A program made the translations under genes and the position numbers. The notes below the pieces were generated by a model. The model searched no databases. It was not told the DNA's origin and was given only the letters and a program-made list of their open reading frames with translations. A DNA stretch of 64,000 nt from Carpediemonas membranifera BICM (lineage: Eukaryota > Protista > Fornicata), in contig JAHDYR010000062.1 in the NCBI GenBank assembly GCA_019828565.1, positions 878,421 through 942,420 of the forward strand, written 5' to 3'. Below are positions 1 to 12,448 of this stretch, in pieces. The first letter of the stretch is position 1. The number at the start of each line of letters is the position of its first letter.

Positions 1-109
1 GTCATTTGTTGCGGCCTGGTGATGAAGCAGCAGGCATTCGTTCTGCCCACAGCACCACGTTCTCCGTCACAGTGGACAAGAATGGCTTCAAGCAGAGCTA
101 GATCTGGCC

Positions 110-540
110 ATGGTGCCTCAGCATGCGCTTATGGGGTCCGACAGTGGGCGATGGTATCCTACCAACAAGAGCATCCCCAACATGACGCAGCTCATTGGCA
201 TATACTGCGGCAAGATCATCCCCGAGCCCGAACCTGGTGCAGTCACGACCTACGACGAGGCTCAAGAAGCCTAACAACTTTGTTGTACTGACTCGGCCGG
301 CCTCACGTTCGGCTGTCACAAGATCAACGATGGTGCCGCTTTCTACAACGTCGTACCGGGGACGGCCATTACGCTAATGTGCAGGTGGGGACCAGAAGAA
401 GCGTCTTCCCCGTCATTCTTTACTTGGCGGATCGCGCTATTGCCAAGTTCGAGTACCTCTCGATCGAGTATGGCGAGCAGTACTGGCGTGGACGCAAGTC
501 TACGGTCTCTACCCTTCTGTCTGAGAGAGGATGCTGCTGA
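110..540 (+). CDS. SET-domain methyltransferase (frameshifted, boundaries approximate; not in the ORF track)
   Basis: Manual translation: TNKSIPNMTQLIGIYCGKIIPE (~164-226), FGCHKINDG (308-334), FPVILYLADRAIAKFEYLSIEYGEQYW (~406-486). Matches the SET gene of B (LGIYFGKLIPD, GVHLINHS, LPVISVRATANIVRGEFLRIDYGETYF). Confidence 0.75.
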
Positions 541-1363
541 GGCTGAGTATGAGGAGATCAACGATGTCTTAGACGCCGTTCTTCCTGAACCCAAATTGAG
601 ATCCCAACAACGCATTGCTTTCAAAAAGTTCAAGGGTCCTTCTACCTGGCTCCATCATCACTGGGATCCTCGTGTTTGGCGCCCACATCCCCGATGTCAC
701 CCAAAAAGATCTAGACTCCGAAAAATCGGCTTCCGACAATTTTAATTGATCCCCTGACGCTCGATGGAACTGGATATTGCATCAACTGGTTGCTCTGAAG
801 GAGATGAAGTCTATTGAGTCTCTTAAGATCAATTCCATCACGATCAGAAGGAAAAGTCCGGAAAAGCTGTCATTCTTGCTTTCGCGCAGTCTCCCCGCGG
901 GTAAGAAGTGGGTAACGAGCACACTGAGGTTCTGTGCTGACCGCCAGCGCTTCGATCCAGTGCAACGTGCAGAGCATGTTGTTTGACAGAACTCCAACGC
1001 CACATTCAACGAGGAGGCAGCAATAGCGACTCTGCGCGTGCCCGAGAGGCTTCAGACTCTCGCCACACCAGTCAGTCTTCGCCACACATGGTCAGGGCCA
1101 AGCACAAGACACCGACTCTAGACGATTTCCTCGATACCGCGTGTGTTCTTCCCCTGACTTTACCGAGTTGGATCGCCTTGCCGCATGGGTGGGTGAGCGC
1201 AACCCCAGTGTCTGGGGCTCATCATGACGGAGGCTCGTATTACTGGCGTTTTAGATGGTGAGATCTATGAGCCGCCAAGCTTCGGGGCCGTTGCTGACGA
1301 CGTTGATAGATTCACGTTCGGCAGCCCCCGAAAAGTTCTCTCCAGTTAACCGACACGAGCCTT

Positions 1364-1490
1364 GACTATGCCGTCGAGTAGTGTCCAGATCAAGGACTAT
1401 GCGCCAATCGTCGCTGCCTTGTCAAGTGGATCGGGTATCCCAGCTGCCTGTCACCGTTCCGCTGACCGATACGTTGCGTGAGCTGGAGGC
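1364..1490 (+). CDS. Chromodomain-like segment, possibly the C-terminus of the SET gene
   Basis: Reads DYAVE...NRRCLVKWIGYP...VPLTDTLRELE across indels; fits the chromodomain pattern Y-x-VE...(Y/C)LVKW-x-G(Y/F). Confidence 0.5.
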
Positions 1491-1672
1491 TGGGGAAACC
1501 TCGGGTTTGTGGGCGTGCGACGGGAGATAACCTTCTCTGGGCGGGGTCGACAACCGGGGAAATTCAGAACAACCTTTTCAGGCGTCGGGAACCCGAGCCT
1601 GACGTTTCTGAGGAGTAAATCAAGATAATATTGTCCAATGAGGCTCTTTTACATCGCCTTCTAGCCTCGATA

Positions 1673-1860
1673 TTGATGTTGCAGTGATTTTCTAGAGTAC
1701 AGCACCAGTTTCGGTAATAGGGGACAGACGAGCGCAAACAACTACATGGCTCCGAACTACACGCGTCTTGGCGTTGATATTGGTTATTAAATGCACTGCT
1801 GGTAGCATATTGAGGGATTTCGTCATTGTATCTCGAATGCACAAGCGTGCAGTTTATGCT
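1673..1860 (-). repeat. ~190-bp internal repeat, inverted copy of 8325-8514
   Basis: The reverse complement aligns at roughly 90-95% identity by eye. Both copies lie between convergent gene 3' ends. Confidence 0.9.
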
Positions 1861-2029
1861 TTTCTCGGCCAGCCGACGATATTTACCACCACAGACAGCT
1901 GCATACAGGCTGTAGACTAGACATATACAGCAGGCTGAGTAATATAGCACCATACCCCCTACAAACCGCGAATCAACCTCAAAGTCACATAAACATAAGC
2001 GATACGGTCGGTATATCAATCCCTTTACT

Positions 2030-4297
2030 CTTACTTCTTCACTGACCATCTCCTCCTCTTCAGCCCGGGAGGAACCTTTGCGCAGAGTGGCGTGTCCCCT
2101 CGTCACTTCGACCGCATACTCGATTTCCCACTCGCGACACTGTTGGGCAAAACACGCCAGGGCGCTTCTGGCTGCTTTTCGTTGGGCTTAAACGCGACAT
2201 GTGTCACCTTTGCCCCTCCTCAGACTTGCTAAAAACGTACATGCGACGACTGATCGGATCTTTGGGTCAAAAATCCCGGACAACATGGGAGGTATGCAAC
2301 GGACTTTCCAGTCATTGAGCACCAGGCTTCAACAGCCCACTGAGTTAACCACTCTCCCTGCATGATTGGCTTACCGATGTTGCTCTCCTCCGTGACAGTG
2401 TGTACACTGCACACTTCATGGAAAAGTTCGTCCCGGAGACCCTCCTCGGGCCGCTCTGTACCCTCGGAGTGGCCCGCCGGTTCATCTCTATCGCTTCCCT
2501 TGTAGCATCTGCTCGCGGTAGTTGTCCGCCTTCGTCTCCGCTGCACACTGCTCTTCATTCGTCATCGTCTCCCCAGCTCTTGAACGCATGAGGCTCCGTG
2601 ACGCCCCTCGATCATCATGAGGCAGTGTGTTATACAGCTGCCGTGGGGCAGGGTTTTGTATCTGACCCACTGCTTGCTCTTTCTCCAGCTGATTGGCGAC
2701 GTCAACTCTAAACTTGACTTCCCTGCTCCTCATCTGCTTCGAAGCTGGGTCGACGTGGTCGACCTGGACATATTCAACGTCCGACTCAGCCTCGAATGCC
2801 ACCTCGTTGTCTTGCCTCTTGCTCCTTATCTGCCTCACGCGCTTCTCCTCTGACTCTGCATTCACCTCTGACTCCAGCCATCTCGTCCTCCCTGCTCCTC
2901 CTCCTCTGCCTCACCCTCCTCCACTGGCTCCTCTTCCTCTCTGACTCCTCCTCCGAGTCCTCTGGCCTGGTTTCTTCTCGGGCTCAGCCTGGATGCAGGC
3001 GTCGCATTTGGTCACGTCCTCCTCATGTGACTCACCCTTCCTCTCCTCTGTCACCAGCTCCTCGTGTGCCTCGCGCTTCTTCTCCTCTGTCACCATCTCT
3101 TCCTCGTCTGACTCCTCTGAGTTGTTATCGACATCAGCGATCTTCTGAGGGATTGTCATGAGGGCCTTGCGCTTCATGTGGATTGTGTCGCTCTTCCCCC
3201 GTACGGCGGGGGTACTCGTTCGTGCTTGGTGTGTGCCCGACTGGGGTAGGTCGCGGCGAAACGGCGCGGGTGTCGGGCTGGCACCCATGGAGATGTCAGC
3301 TGCGTACCCCACGTCTTGCAGCAGCCTCGTGACGGTCTCCTCCAGCTCGAGTACTCTCTTCTGCGCCTTGTGATGGAGCACTCGTGCCTCCATCGGAAGA
3401 GATGGGAGGTCTTTGTGAATCCAGTCCTTCATTTCGAGCAGCTTGGATACGCGAAGGTATCTGTCGAACTGGACGTCGACGTGGTTGTCCCCAGCAACCG
3501 CAGCTGACTCTCGAGAGGCGCGAATGCGAAGCTCGCCGTGCACCTCCTTCTGGACTCTATGCCACAGGACGTAGTTGCGAGCGTTATTGTCCTCCCACTC
3601 CTTGAGCTTCTGGGCGATCTTTTCTCTCGCGCCGGCGCTTGATCGCGCGTTCTCTAATCTCATCGTCGGACTCGTTGTCAAAGTCCACCTCACTCTCACT
3701 GTCGCACAACTCAGAATCGTCGACGCCGCTCTCTTCACCACTGTCCACGCCACTCTCATCGTCGACGGGTTCTTTCTTAGCGCTCTCGGCCTTGCCCTTG
3801 CCCTTGTCCTTCTCCTCGGCGTCAATGGCCTCAATAATGGCCTTACGCGCCTTGCGCTTCTCCCTGGCTATACACGATATCAGCCTGGTTGTCGTCAACC
3901 CACTTCGCCAGCGCGCCGGGCTTCTTGGAACTTCTTGGTCCGGCGAGTGCCATAAACTGCTTCTTCAACTTATCCTGGAGCTCCTCCCTTCTCGTCCTTC
4001 GTGAGGCGGAATTTCGTGGTGATATGGTTCAGGTTGATTCCTATATAAGCATTGCTATGACTACAAACGCTTCCTGATCACTAGATCGAGCAGTTTCCGT
4101 TCATCCAGCAAAAACCGCGCGAAGAACAGCACATTTGGCATGATTGGTGGTTGCCTTGGTGTATGCAGCCAATATCGCATCGTACTGTTCCTTGCTAGCG
4201 CTCTCAATCCACTTTTAGCAAGTCCATTTTCGGCACTATCAGCAAGAGAGCATAAAAAAATGGACATAGAGTGCCAAAAGTAATAAACTGAAACCAT
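2030..4297 (-). CDS. Acidic/coiled-coil protein with a C-terminal OTU-like cysteine protease (multiply frameshifted; 3' end approximate)
   Basis: Pieces: ARFLLDERKLLDLVIRKR; HVDVQFDRYLRV; WVRYKTLPHGSCITHCLMM (Cys codon 2634-2636); GEWLTQWAVEAWCSMTGKSVAY; EYAVEVTRGHAT (His codon 2092-2094). Each has a counterpart, in the same order, in 53468-54842. Confidence 0.65.
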
Positions 4298-4592
4298 CCA
4301 CACGGCAACTATGTACCTAGGCGGCCTCAGTACCTCCAATACCTTCCGTATGTGCTTTTTTTGTCCGTCCCTACTTCGTCCCACGAACCAGAAAAAAAGC
4401 GCAAAGAGAGGGCCCTTTGAATAATTCTATAACGGCAGCAGAGCATAAAACACGGTTCGAAAGGGCTGATTTTATGCTCTCTTGCCGTTAGTTCAAGCCG
4501 AGGCACGCTTCGGGCGAGCTCCGGCCAAGGGGTCCAGGAGTCAGCTTTTGGGGGAAGGTCTGTGGTGCTCTAACGTACCTCGGGACGCACTG

Positions 4593-5009
4593 TGGAGGCC
4601 CCTAGAGTACTCGGTCATGACATGTCAGACCAAGGGTCCCTCAAATCTGGCCCCATTCAGGATGCTCCCCCTAAATGTTCCGTTGCAAGCGTCTGACGGG
4701 CGTTCTCTGGATACCGACCAAGATGGAGGTCACGTGGATCAACGGACGATAATTACGGTATTCTGGCCATGCCTGGTACTCTCAAATCATCTATACTGAT
4801 CAGTGCTCCATTTATAGTTCATATTGTTTGGTCCTGATGGACTTATGGTACTTGATGTTGTTTAGAGATAATTGGTGCTTGACTGATGCTCTGCGCCCGC
4901 CAACTGATGTTTCTTAGTGATATTCATGTGTCTGCATCTTCAAATCCGCCAGTATTCTTTCTATTCTTAAGTTCGCCATTTCAGTCTCGTTGCGAGCATA
5001 AAGTGCACA
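4593..5009 (+). promoter_or_regulatory. Conserved non-coding block shared with element B (52778-53195, inverted)
   Basis: 4703-4768 matches 53019-53084 at 65/66 nt. The block ends in CGTTGCGAGCATAAAGTGCAC in both elements and lies between divergent genes. Confidence 0.75.
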
Positions 5010-5425
5010 TTGTGAAAGGAAATTGGGTGGTTATATAATGGATACAGGGCAGGAAAAGGTACACGAATGCCGTCCTGAGGTTTGGCATGGGATACTGATC
5101 TCATACGTCAAAAATGGGCGGTGGTATTCGAATTTCAGAATTTCGGCATGTCCGAATTCCGAGGCAAGCGGGTAGGGTGTACAAAACCTGGCCTGGGTCC
5201 CTACTGGAGCTAATAGATAACAGTATCACCGTGTATTCGGTTTTCAGAAATATAACTTGTGTTGGTATTGCTATTTCAGAATTACTTCCAGTACCGGAGA
5301 TTGTCTTAGAATTTGGATGTTCATGACTACTTTAAAATTTTAAAAAGTTCCCATGAACCCACTCCAGCTCAGGATTGCGGATCTGAGCCAAGTTTAGGTC
5401 GAATCCAAGTATTTGATAATTTTGT

Positions 5426-6667
5426 ATGTACGAAATTCTGAAATTGCAATACCAACAGAAAACTCGTGTTATGGAGGTTCTAGCTGCAAATAACGACGAT
5501 ATTGTTAAGCGCTGGTCTGATAGAGGTTCAGTGAAGACGCGTAGTGTGTACAAGAAGCACCTGGAGGACGTTTTGGCCAGCATTTGCCAGGAAACAGGCG
5601 CTGAAATGCAGAAGGGCATCGAGATTGTCCGAAGCGACAACGTTACGACTTATTTGGCGCATTATTTCGCTACAAAGACGCCTGCTATGGCTAAGAGGAT
5701 CGTTTCGGCTGTTCAGTCTTTCCGGAACTTCGACTTGCCACATCCCGCGAAGCCGTTGTCCTGGAAAGAGGAGGAAGAGGTATCGCCTGCATCAGTTGAG
5801 AGTCTCCCCAGCCCGTATGGCGCCATTGCCATTCTGCTCAACCAGACGGGCTGGGAGTATTCGTATCTCCAAGGTAATCTCCCCGATGCGATAGACCTTA
5901 CCTCGTGCCCGAGCTGGATGGGCTTTGGCACGCTCAAATCGGGATTCCCGCAGGCCAGTGCTGTATCGGAGGCGCTCAAGGTTCAGGGGTTGACGGTTCG
6001 CATGCTTCGCTTTGCGCAGCGGATCGACGTGTCCACCGATAGGATGCAGTCTATCGGCACGCTAGAGCGCCGCGGCAGACCGCAGGAGAAGCCTCAGAAG
6101 GTCATTAAGGACAAGCGCATCAGCCTGACCGATGAGCAGTTCAGGCACCAGTTGGCGTCCAGTCACTTAACGACCACGCGGCGCCCAACGATCCTCGATC
6201 TCAACCCGGAGATCCGAAGCTCTGCCGACCTGGTGCCGCCGATGCTCGATGGCTGGCTTTACAACAGGCTCAAGGCCAGAATGATCGAGCTTCACGATAC
6301 TAAGAAGAAAGAGAGGCAGAGCGAGGCTGACAAGGAGGCGGAGTTCGGCTCGCTGACTCGCGAGACAGAGATGCCAGAGGGCGAGAGAGAGGGCGATACT
6401 GACGAGGAGGCGGTGTCCGACGAGCCAGCTTACCAGGCAGAGTGGATGCACTACGAGGTGCCAGCTCGCGAGGAGAGCGCCTTTGGTGAGGAGGTGGACT
6501 TATGCAAGAGTGCCGATGAGGAACCAAAGATCGACCACGACGAGCATGGCGGGGAGGTGGCGGGCAGAGATGGTGATGGGGAGATTCAAGAGAACGTGAT
6601 TGATGAGGAGCGCTCAGAGAGCGATACTGCCGACAGTATCGTCTTTTTCCTTCATCTGACATTGTAA
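5426..6667 (+). CDS. Hypothetical 413-aa protein with an acidic C-terminus (element A cargo)
   Basis: Long uninterrupted ORF; no motif recognised. Confidence 0.6.
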   Translation: MYEILKLQYQQKTRVMEVLAANNDDIVKRWSDRGSVKTRSVYKKHLEDVLASICQETGAEMQKGIEIVRSDNVTTYLAHYFATKTPAMAKRIVSAVQSFRNFDLPHPAKPLSWKEEEEVSPASVESLPSPYGAIAILLNQTGWEYSYLQGNLPDAIDLTSCPSWMGFGTLKSGFPQASAVSEALKVQGLTVRMLRFAQRIDVSTDRMQSIGTLERRGRPQEKPQKVIKDKRISLTDEQFRHQLASSHLTTTRRPTILDLNPEIRSSADLVPPMLDGWLYNRLKARMIELHDTKKKERQSEADKEAEFGSLTRETEMPEGEREGDTDEEAVSDEPAYQAEWMHYEVPAREESAFGEEVDLCKSADEEPKIDHDEHGGEVAGRDGDGEIQENVIDEERSESDTADSIVFFLHLTL

Positions 6668-6823
6668 AGAGGAAGAGTTTATGATTGGAGCATAGCTGAT
6701 GTCCATAAACACCATTCATAAGCCAGTCCTGTCTTGTTTTCCACTGCTACTTCTCTCGTTGCGACGCACAGCTAGCTGTCGCGAAATGCACTTTAAGACC
6801 AATTTTCACACAGCTACCTGTGC

Positions 6824-8120
6824 ATGGTGTTCGAGCTAGATAGCGACAAGCTGGAGCGACTTACTTCCTTACCTGGTAATAGTAGACAATATCTGCACGA
6901 CTTTGAACCTGAAAAGCTGCAGGTCGTGATCAAAGTTGATGAGCATTATGATATGGAGGTTCCCACCCTGCTAGCGCTCAAGGACAGTCCGCATGTCCTC
7001 CCTGTCGTCGATACAGGTTTTTTCGACCGTGATCCAGCCTTCATGGCTCCTTTGGTCAACTGTACCCCCTTCGCTGACATCTGCCAGGCTCACTCCAGCG
7101 TGCAGTTCCGCTATGTTTCGCATCTGCTGCAGGCAGTATGCTACATGCATGACCACGGGGTTGTCCATTGCGATATTAAGCCAGACAACTTCCTCTTCAG
7201 CAAGAGTCAGAAGGGATACCTCATTGATTTTGGGTCTGCAATGAGGAAGCCGGCTAATGGCGACGACAGGTGGGCCATACAACTGAGATTTGTATCCGAG
7301 TATCGCGGCACCCATGGATATTTGCCCCCCAGAGCTGTTCTACGAGTACCTTGTCTCGCGCTCAGTGATTACTGCTGCACGCGACACCTCCAAGCTCGCG
7401 CGCATGACGGCAGGGGCTCTTTCCGTCACTTCTTATGTCGTGACACCTGCATCGGACATTTACTCTTGCGGTGTAGTCATTTTGATGCTCTTTTACGGTC
7501 TCCCCAAGTCCCCCTTTGCCGCGAAGGTGACTGACATGGGTGCAAACATGGCGCAGATCGACAACAAGAAGAAGAAGAAGATGCTGAAGCTTGGTAGCTT
7601 GCTGAACTGGTGCCAATTCTATGGTGGGCAGTTGCAGTTGTCACCTCAGGCACAGACACATTTCAAAGATTGCCTCGAGTGTGTCAACGTGAACTCTGAG
7701 CTCCCGATTCGCGGCACCACGCCACCTACTTGTCTCAGCCTGTACGACCTGGCAATGCAGATGCTCCACTTCGACCCAACAAAGCGTCCCACTGCTGCCG
7801 AATGTCTTGACAAGCTCAAGGTCATCATGCGCGTGCATGAATGCGTCGCCAAGCCGAGTCCGCTTCTGTTAGATGATACAGAAGAGGTCACCCTGTCTGC
7901 AGCTCAGCGAAAGAGACTGACCGACTGCTGTCAGCGAGGGTTTGAGGGTCAAGTCTTCTATCGGCGCTGCATAGTGTGTGGTAGAGACCTTCATGGACGC
8001 GAGAACGTCAGCTGTGACACATGCCACAAGGGATACAGGCAGGTGAGCACCAATAAGTGCGCAAAAGGTGTGCGCGGAAGACTGCACAGGCAGTTTATTG
8101 CGATGATTGAGCGGACGTAA
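6824..8120 (+). CDS. Ser/Thr protein kinase with a Cys-rich C-terminus (one frameshift in the C-run at ~7325-7330)
   Basis: VVIK, HCDIKPDN, LIDFG, GTHGYLPPE, SDIYSCG, RPTAAECL; CIVC and CDTC pairs in the tail. Confidence 0.9.
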
Positions 8121-8293
8121 AGAGATTGATACTTTCTGTGATGCAGGAATGAGATCAATGCTGCTGACAGGTCTCGAGATGGCAGAGGTGCTGGAGAAGA
8201 GAGAGCAGAAAAGGCATCAGAAGTAAAATGAACGAGGTAAATTCCAGTTCGCCGGAGATGATATCCTTCCTCGTACGCGGCATGTGTCTTGGG

Positions 8294-8514
8294 TCTTAAG
8301 TTCGCCATTTTTAATCTCGTTGCGAGCATAAAATGCACACTTGTGCATTCGAGTACAATGACGAAATCCCTCAATATGCTACCAGCAGTGCATTTAATAA
8401 CCAATATCAACGCCGAAACGCGTGTAGTTCGGAGCCATGTAGTTGTTTGCGCTCGTTTGTCCCCCCTATTACCGAAACTGGTGCTGTACTCTAGAAAATC
8501 ACTAACAACATCAA
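8294..8514 (+). repeat. Composite repeat: 8294-8339 is a direct copy of 4965-5009; 8325-8514 is an inverted copy of 1673-1860
   Basis: TCTTAAGTTCGCCATTT..TCTCGTTGCGAGCATAAARTGCACA occurs at 4965 and 8294. The two repeats overlap at AGCATAAA.TGCAC. Confidence 0.85.
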
Positions 8515-8587
8515 CTCCTTTTTCTCCGCAATGCAGATGAGAATGCCTATTCTCGCGATCTATAACTACCAATCATGTTTTCATTCT

Positions 8588-11144
8588 TTACTCATACTTG
8601 CCACAGATGCACACATCCAGTGAGATCTCTCCTTCCTCATGGACATCGATGTCTAACCATTGCCCGTCAAACACGAGCCCCTACCTGCCTCAACACCTTC
8701 TTCCATAGACCATCCACTTGACCTTCAAACAGAGGTAACAGTTTCTGACAGTCTCCCTCGTCCAATGTTCCAGTGCCCTCGCTCCGAATACGGATCCAGT
8801 GTTTGGCGTCCTTGCAGCAGCGATGAACGCGCATTGTCTTCAGACGTATTTGGTGGGGAACGTCTGTTGACTGTCGCCCATACGAGACGACGCCACGGAG
8901 GAATCGGTAAAACAACTCGACCTGCTCCTTCAATATCGTTCTCTCAAGGACCATCTGGTTGCGCCTTAAGTGTACTCTACTTTCCTGATTGCCAATAAAG
9001 TCGCGCTCGAATGACTCCTCAATAATCCGGCCAAGTGGGACTCGGATTTTTGACTGAATCTCCGGCAACACAGCAACTCGCGCTAAGCCATGAAGTGTGT
9101 CGATGGAGGGAGCCTTCTTGGCTACCTTAGACGGCGGCCGGATTGGAATAGACTCCGACACGGTGCTGGTCGTGCTCAGACACATTGTCAGTGAAAAGAG
9201 GTGAACAAGCAACGCTGTCAGTCGATGCCAGGTGATAATGTCATCTGTGGCCTCCTCGTGAGAGTAATAATGCTCTTGCAGGTAGGCAACGAGTCTGAAA
9301 AGTGGCTGAACGGGGGAGGGAATGCCATGTAGAGACCGTTTCCAATTGACGCGATCATCTTCCTCCCCTTCACTTGCTCATTACAGCCAGTCGTGCGACT
9401 GGGAGGTTCAAACTTAGCCAGCCTGGCGAGGTCAGCGTTTCTGGCCTTCTTGGTCTTGATTTCCTCCGGGGTAGAGTCTGGGTCGACCTCAATTGGCTTG
9501 AACATCCGACAAATGTTGTGTATCAAGGAGACGAAGTCATGACTGAGGTGCATGATCGGCGGGACAAGGAAGATTTTGCCCCTATCGAGAGTTGGGTCAT
9601 CCGAGTTCTCGAATAGGCTGGGCATGATGCACTTATTCTTCTTGTTGTAGAACGACCCCCACTTCTTCTCTCTATCCAGGACTGTCTTGTCCTCAACAGA
9701 CATCTTCTTCGCATACATCACGTCTGCAATCGTGTTTCGTGGGGTGAGACCGAATGGGCTCCAGGCCTTGTTGTCAGCATGTACCGAGCTGAATGGAGAG
9801 GGATAGCTGCCGCCAATCAAGGTTCCACAGACATTTTGACATCGCTGGGTGGTCTGCGATGAACATAACGCGAGTGACACGGCACAGGAGACCGGTATTT
9901 CTCACCTCAAGTGACTCGCGATGGGTACTCTCGACTGAGCGCTCGATGAAGTCGAAGAATTCTCCAATGCGCTTCTCTGGTCCGTTGTACTCGAGTATGC
10001 GGAAGGGTGGTGTTCCGCCTGACGGGAAGACTTTGCCGGAGACATCGATAAACCGAACCTTCACAGATGTAGTCAACCCTCGCCATCCATCGACCCAGAC
10101 GAGAAGATCAAGCGGCACTGTCTGAGTCTCTTCAGCTTGAGTCTGCGCTGTCAACTGCTTGCCCACGTTCTTACGAGCAGCCCTTGACCTCTCGAGATCG
10201 ATAGGCGAAGCCACCGCCTGGCGATAGTACCGCATGAGGTCAAACTCAGCGTGTTGCACATGGGAATACCTGCCGCTAGACTGGAGACGCGGGTTGAGAC
10301 CGGCTCTCTTCATCACGTCATTATGTGCAGTTCGCTTCATTGCCGATTCGTAGAAGATGCACACCGTCGTACCTCTGAGCACTTCAGTGTTATAGTCGTC
10401 GCCGTCGAATGTAGCGTTGACTTGTTCGAGGTCTGCGTCGACGTGGGTAATCAGGTCGAGGTCATACTCGCGGTGATCCTTGTCCGTTCTCTTTGCTCGT
10501 GTCTCTTGAGTGATCGCCATGGGTATGTAGCCCTTTAGGGCCTTTTTCAAGTTCCTATGCGACTTGACAATGGTCTCAACGTCTGCGATGTTCCGAATGC
10601 TGCACTGAAGCGACTTGACTTGGTTTGTGACCTGATTGATGTTGATAATGTCAAGGTTGAGTCTCTGTGCAAGGGCTTGCATGATGTGAATCTCGTCATT
10701 GACTGCATTCACGCCGATCGTGATGGCCCTGAGCTCGTTGGACACCTGCAGAAGACGTTCAGTGTCAGCAATACGCTTACGTAGACGAGCATTCTCTGCC
10801 TCGAGGCCGAAGCTATCAGAATGCAGAACATATGCACCAACGTAAAGGTGACTGGGACCAGAGCGGTGTGCCTTCTTCTCCTTTGAGATGCTAGTGGATG
10901 ATGGCGCTGGGTAGAGATTGCTAGAAATAGCCTCACGCGATACAGCGCCGATATTGATTAGTTCCTGCGCGATGCGGGCTAGCTCGAGCCTTTGCTGGTG
11001 TTTGGAGGTATCAAATCCGTTAATACGGCGATCCACTGCGTCAATCGAGAGCCAGACGCTGCAAAGGATGGTATTGATGTCATCAGTGCCCTCCGGAGCA
11101 TAGATAGATCCGTTAGACAGTTTCCACTTCAGTTGAAGCGCCAT
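8588..11144 (-). CDS. DDE transposase, CACTA/Mirage/Chapaev/Transib-like (~850 aa; split by indels)
   Basis: LLVWVDGW (D1), MFIADHPA (D2), PPIMH ([M/L]H motif), TLHGL, IIEESFERDF (E). The end ...LDVCICGKYE* at 8588 matches VCCLCGEC in element B. Confidence 0.8.
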
Positions 11145-11209
11145 CTGTCAGTCGCTCTTTCAAGAATTCTAAAGATCCTAAAAATGCGTGACTTCGAGAA
11201 GATCATCTA

Positions 11210-12448
11210 ATGCCAGCCACGGAACTAGAGATGAAGCGTGGAAATGAAGGAACTACTCCGGACACCCGAGAGACGAACTCTCAGAAACGCAAGCCGATGG
11301 TCAGGTGGAATGACGCCGCAAAGAGCGAATGCAGGTCGGCTCTCATGATTGGTATGCTCAAGGCATTCTTTTTGCATCACCGTTGATGTGTTTGGAACGG
11401 ATATGACTGGTCTATCTGTCCGTAAGGTGGCGAATGCCTACAATCACATCATCTCGGTGTACTTGCAGCCCTGCCACCCTGATCCGACATTCTTTGATGG
11501 TATCAAGTCCCTCACGGCTGTATCGCAGGGTAGGCTTGTCATTGGGCATGTTAAGGAGTGGGCAACCCAGTCTTGCCACTGCAACATCGGCATTTCTGAT
11601 CAGGCTCCTTCGAGAGTGTTTCATAACCTTTCTCGGGCCCCCAACCCGGTGCGATCGGAGCTTCTGACCGCGATGAAGAAGATTTTCACGAGAGTTGGCC
11701 TGGACGTCCCCCAGAATTTTGATTCGCGTCCTCTGTCCCTTAATCTGGTGGACCTTTCGGCACCCGACATATTTACTGGTCGGACGAAGACGTTTTTCAA
11801 GACAGCAGAAATCCCCCATTCCGTGCCGCAAGTGAAGCAGGAGGTGAAGGTTGACCCCGTTCGACCCTCTGAGTCTATCTCTAAGCGTAACGTCATGCTA
11901 CTCGATGACGTCCATCGCATGACACAGCGCATGTCGGAAGATCTCTCTCAGCTCAAAAGAACGGCCGGTAACCGCTGATTCAGACTCTGACGATGATGGA
12001 GAGAACCTCCTTGACTTGCAGAAGAGGATGCTTGCCTTCTGTTGCGGCCATTGCCACAGCTTGGACTGGGTTGGCAATCTCAACACGTCAAAGTTTGTCT
12101 CGTGTGGAGAGTGCGGCAGGAACTTTCATGACAATTCCGTTTGCGTGCCTGCTCGTCCGGAGAAATGTTCAAAGACTGCCAACTGGACGAAAGAAGCCAA
12201 CAGAAAGAAGTCCTCGTGGAAGTTCACATGCCAGGCTTGTGTCCAGGAGAAGACTTGTTTCGCATGCCAGAAGAACGCCTCGGTATATCATTGTCGGATG
12301 TGTGGGCACTGGTTCTGTGGTAACACAGGGCTGTATGGGCACCACTGCCGTGAAGGTCGTCATTGACGGCGTGAATATTCCCAAGATCCGTCTTTGTGAC
12401 GATTGCCTTGAGAACTTCAAGTCGGTGGTTCAACAGTCGGAGCAGTAA
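11210..12448 (+). CDS. PHD-finger plus second zinc-finger protein, head-to-head with the transposase (65-bp gap)
   Basis: CGHC...CGEC...FH...C...CQAC (C4HC3), followed by CFAC, CRMC..WFC and CDDC. Frameshifts resolved using copy 2. Confidence 0.8.
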
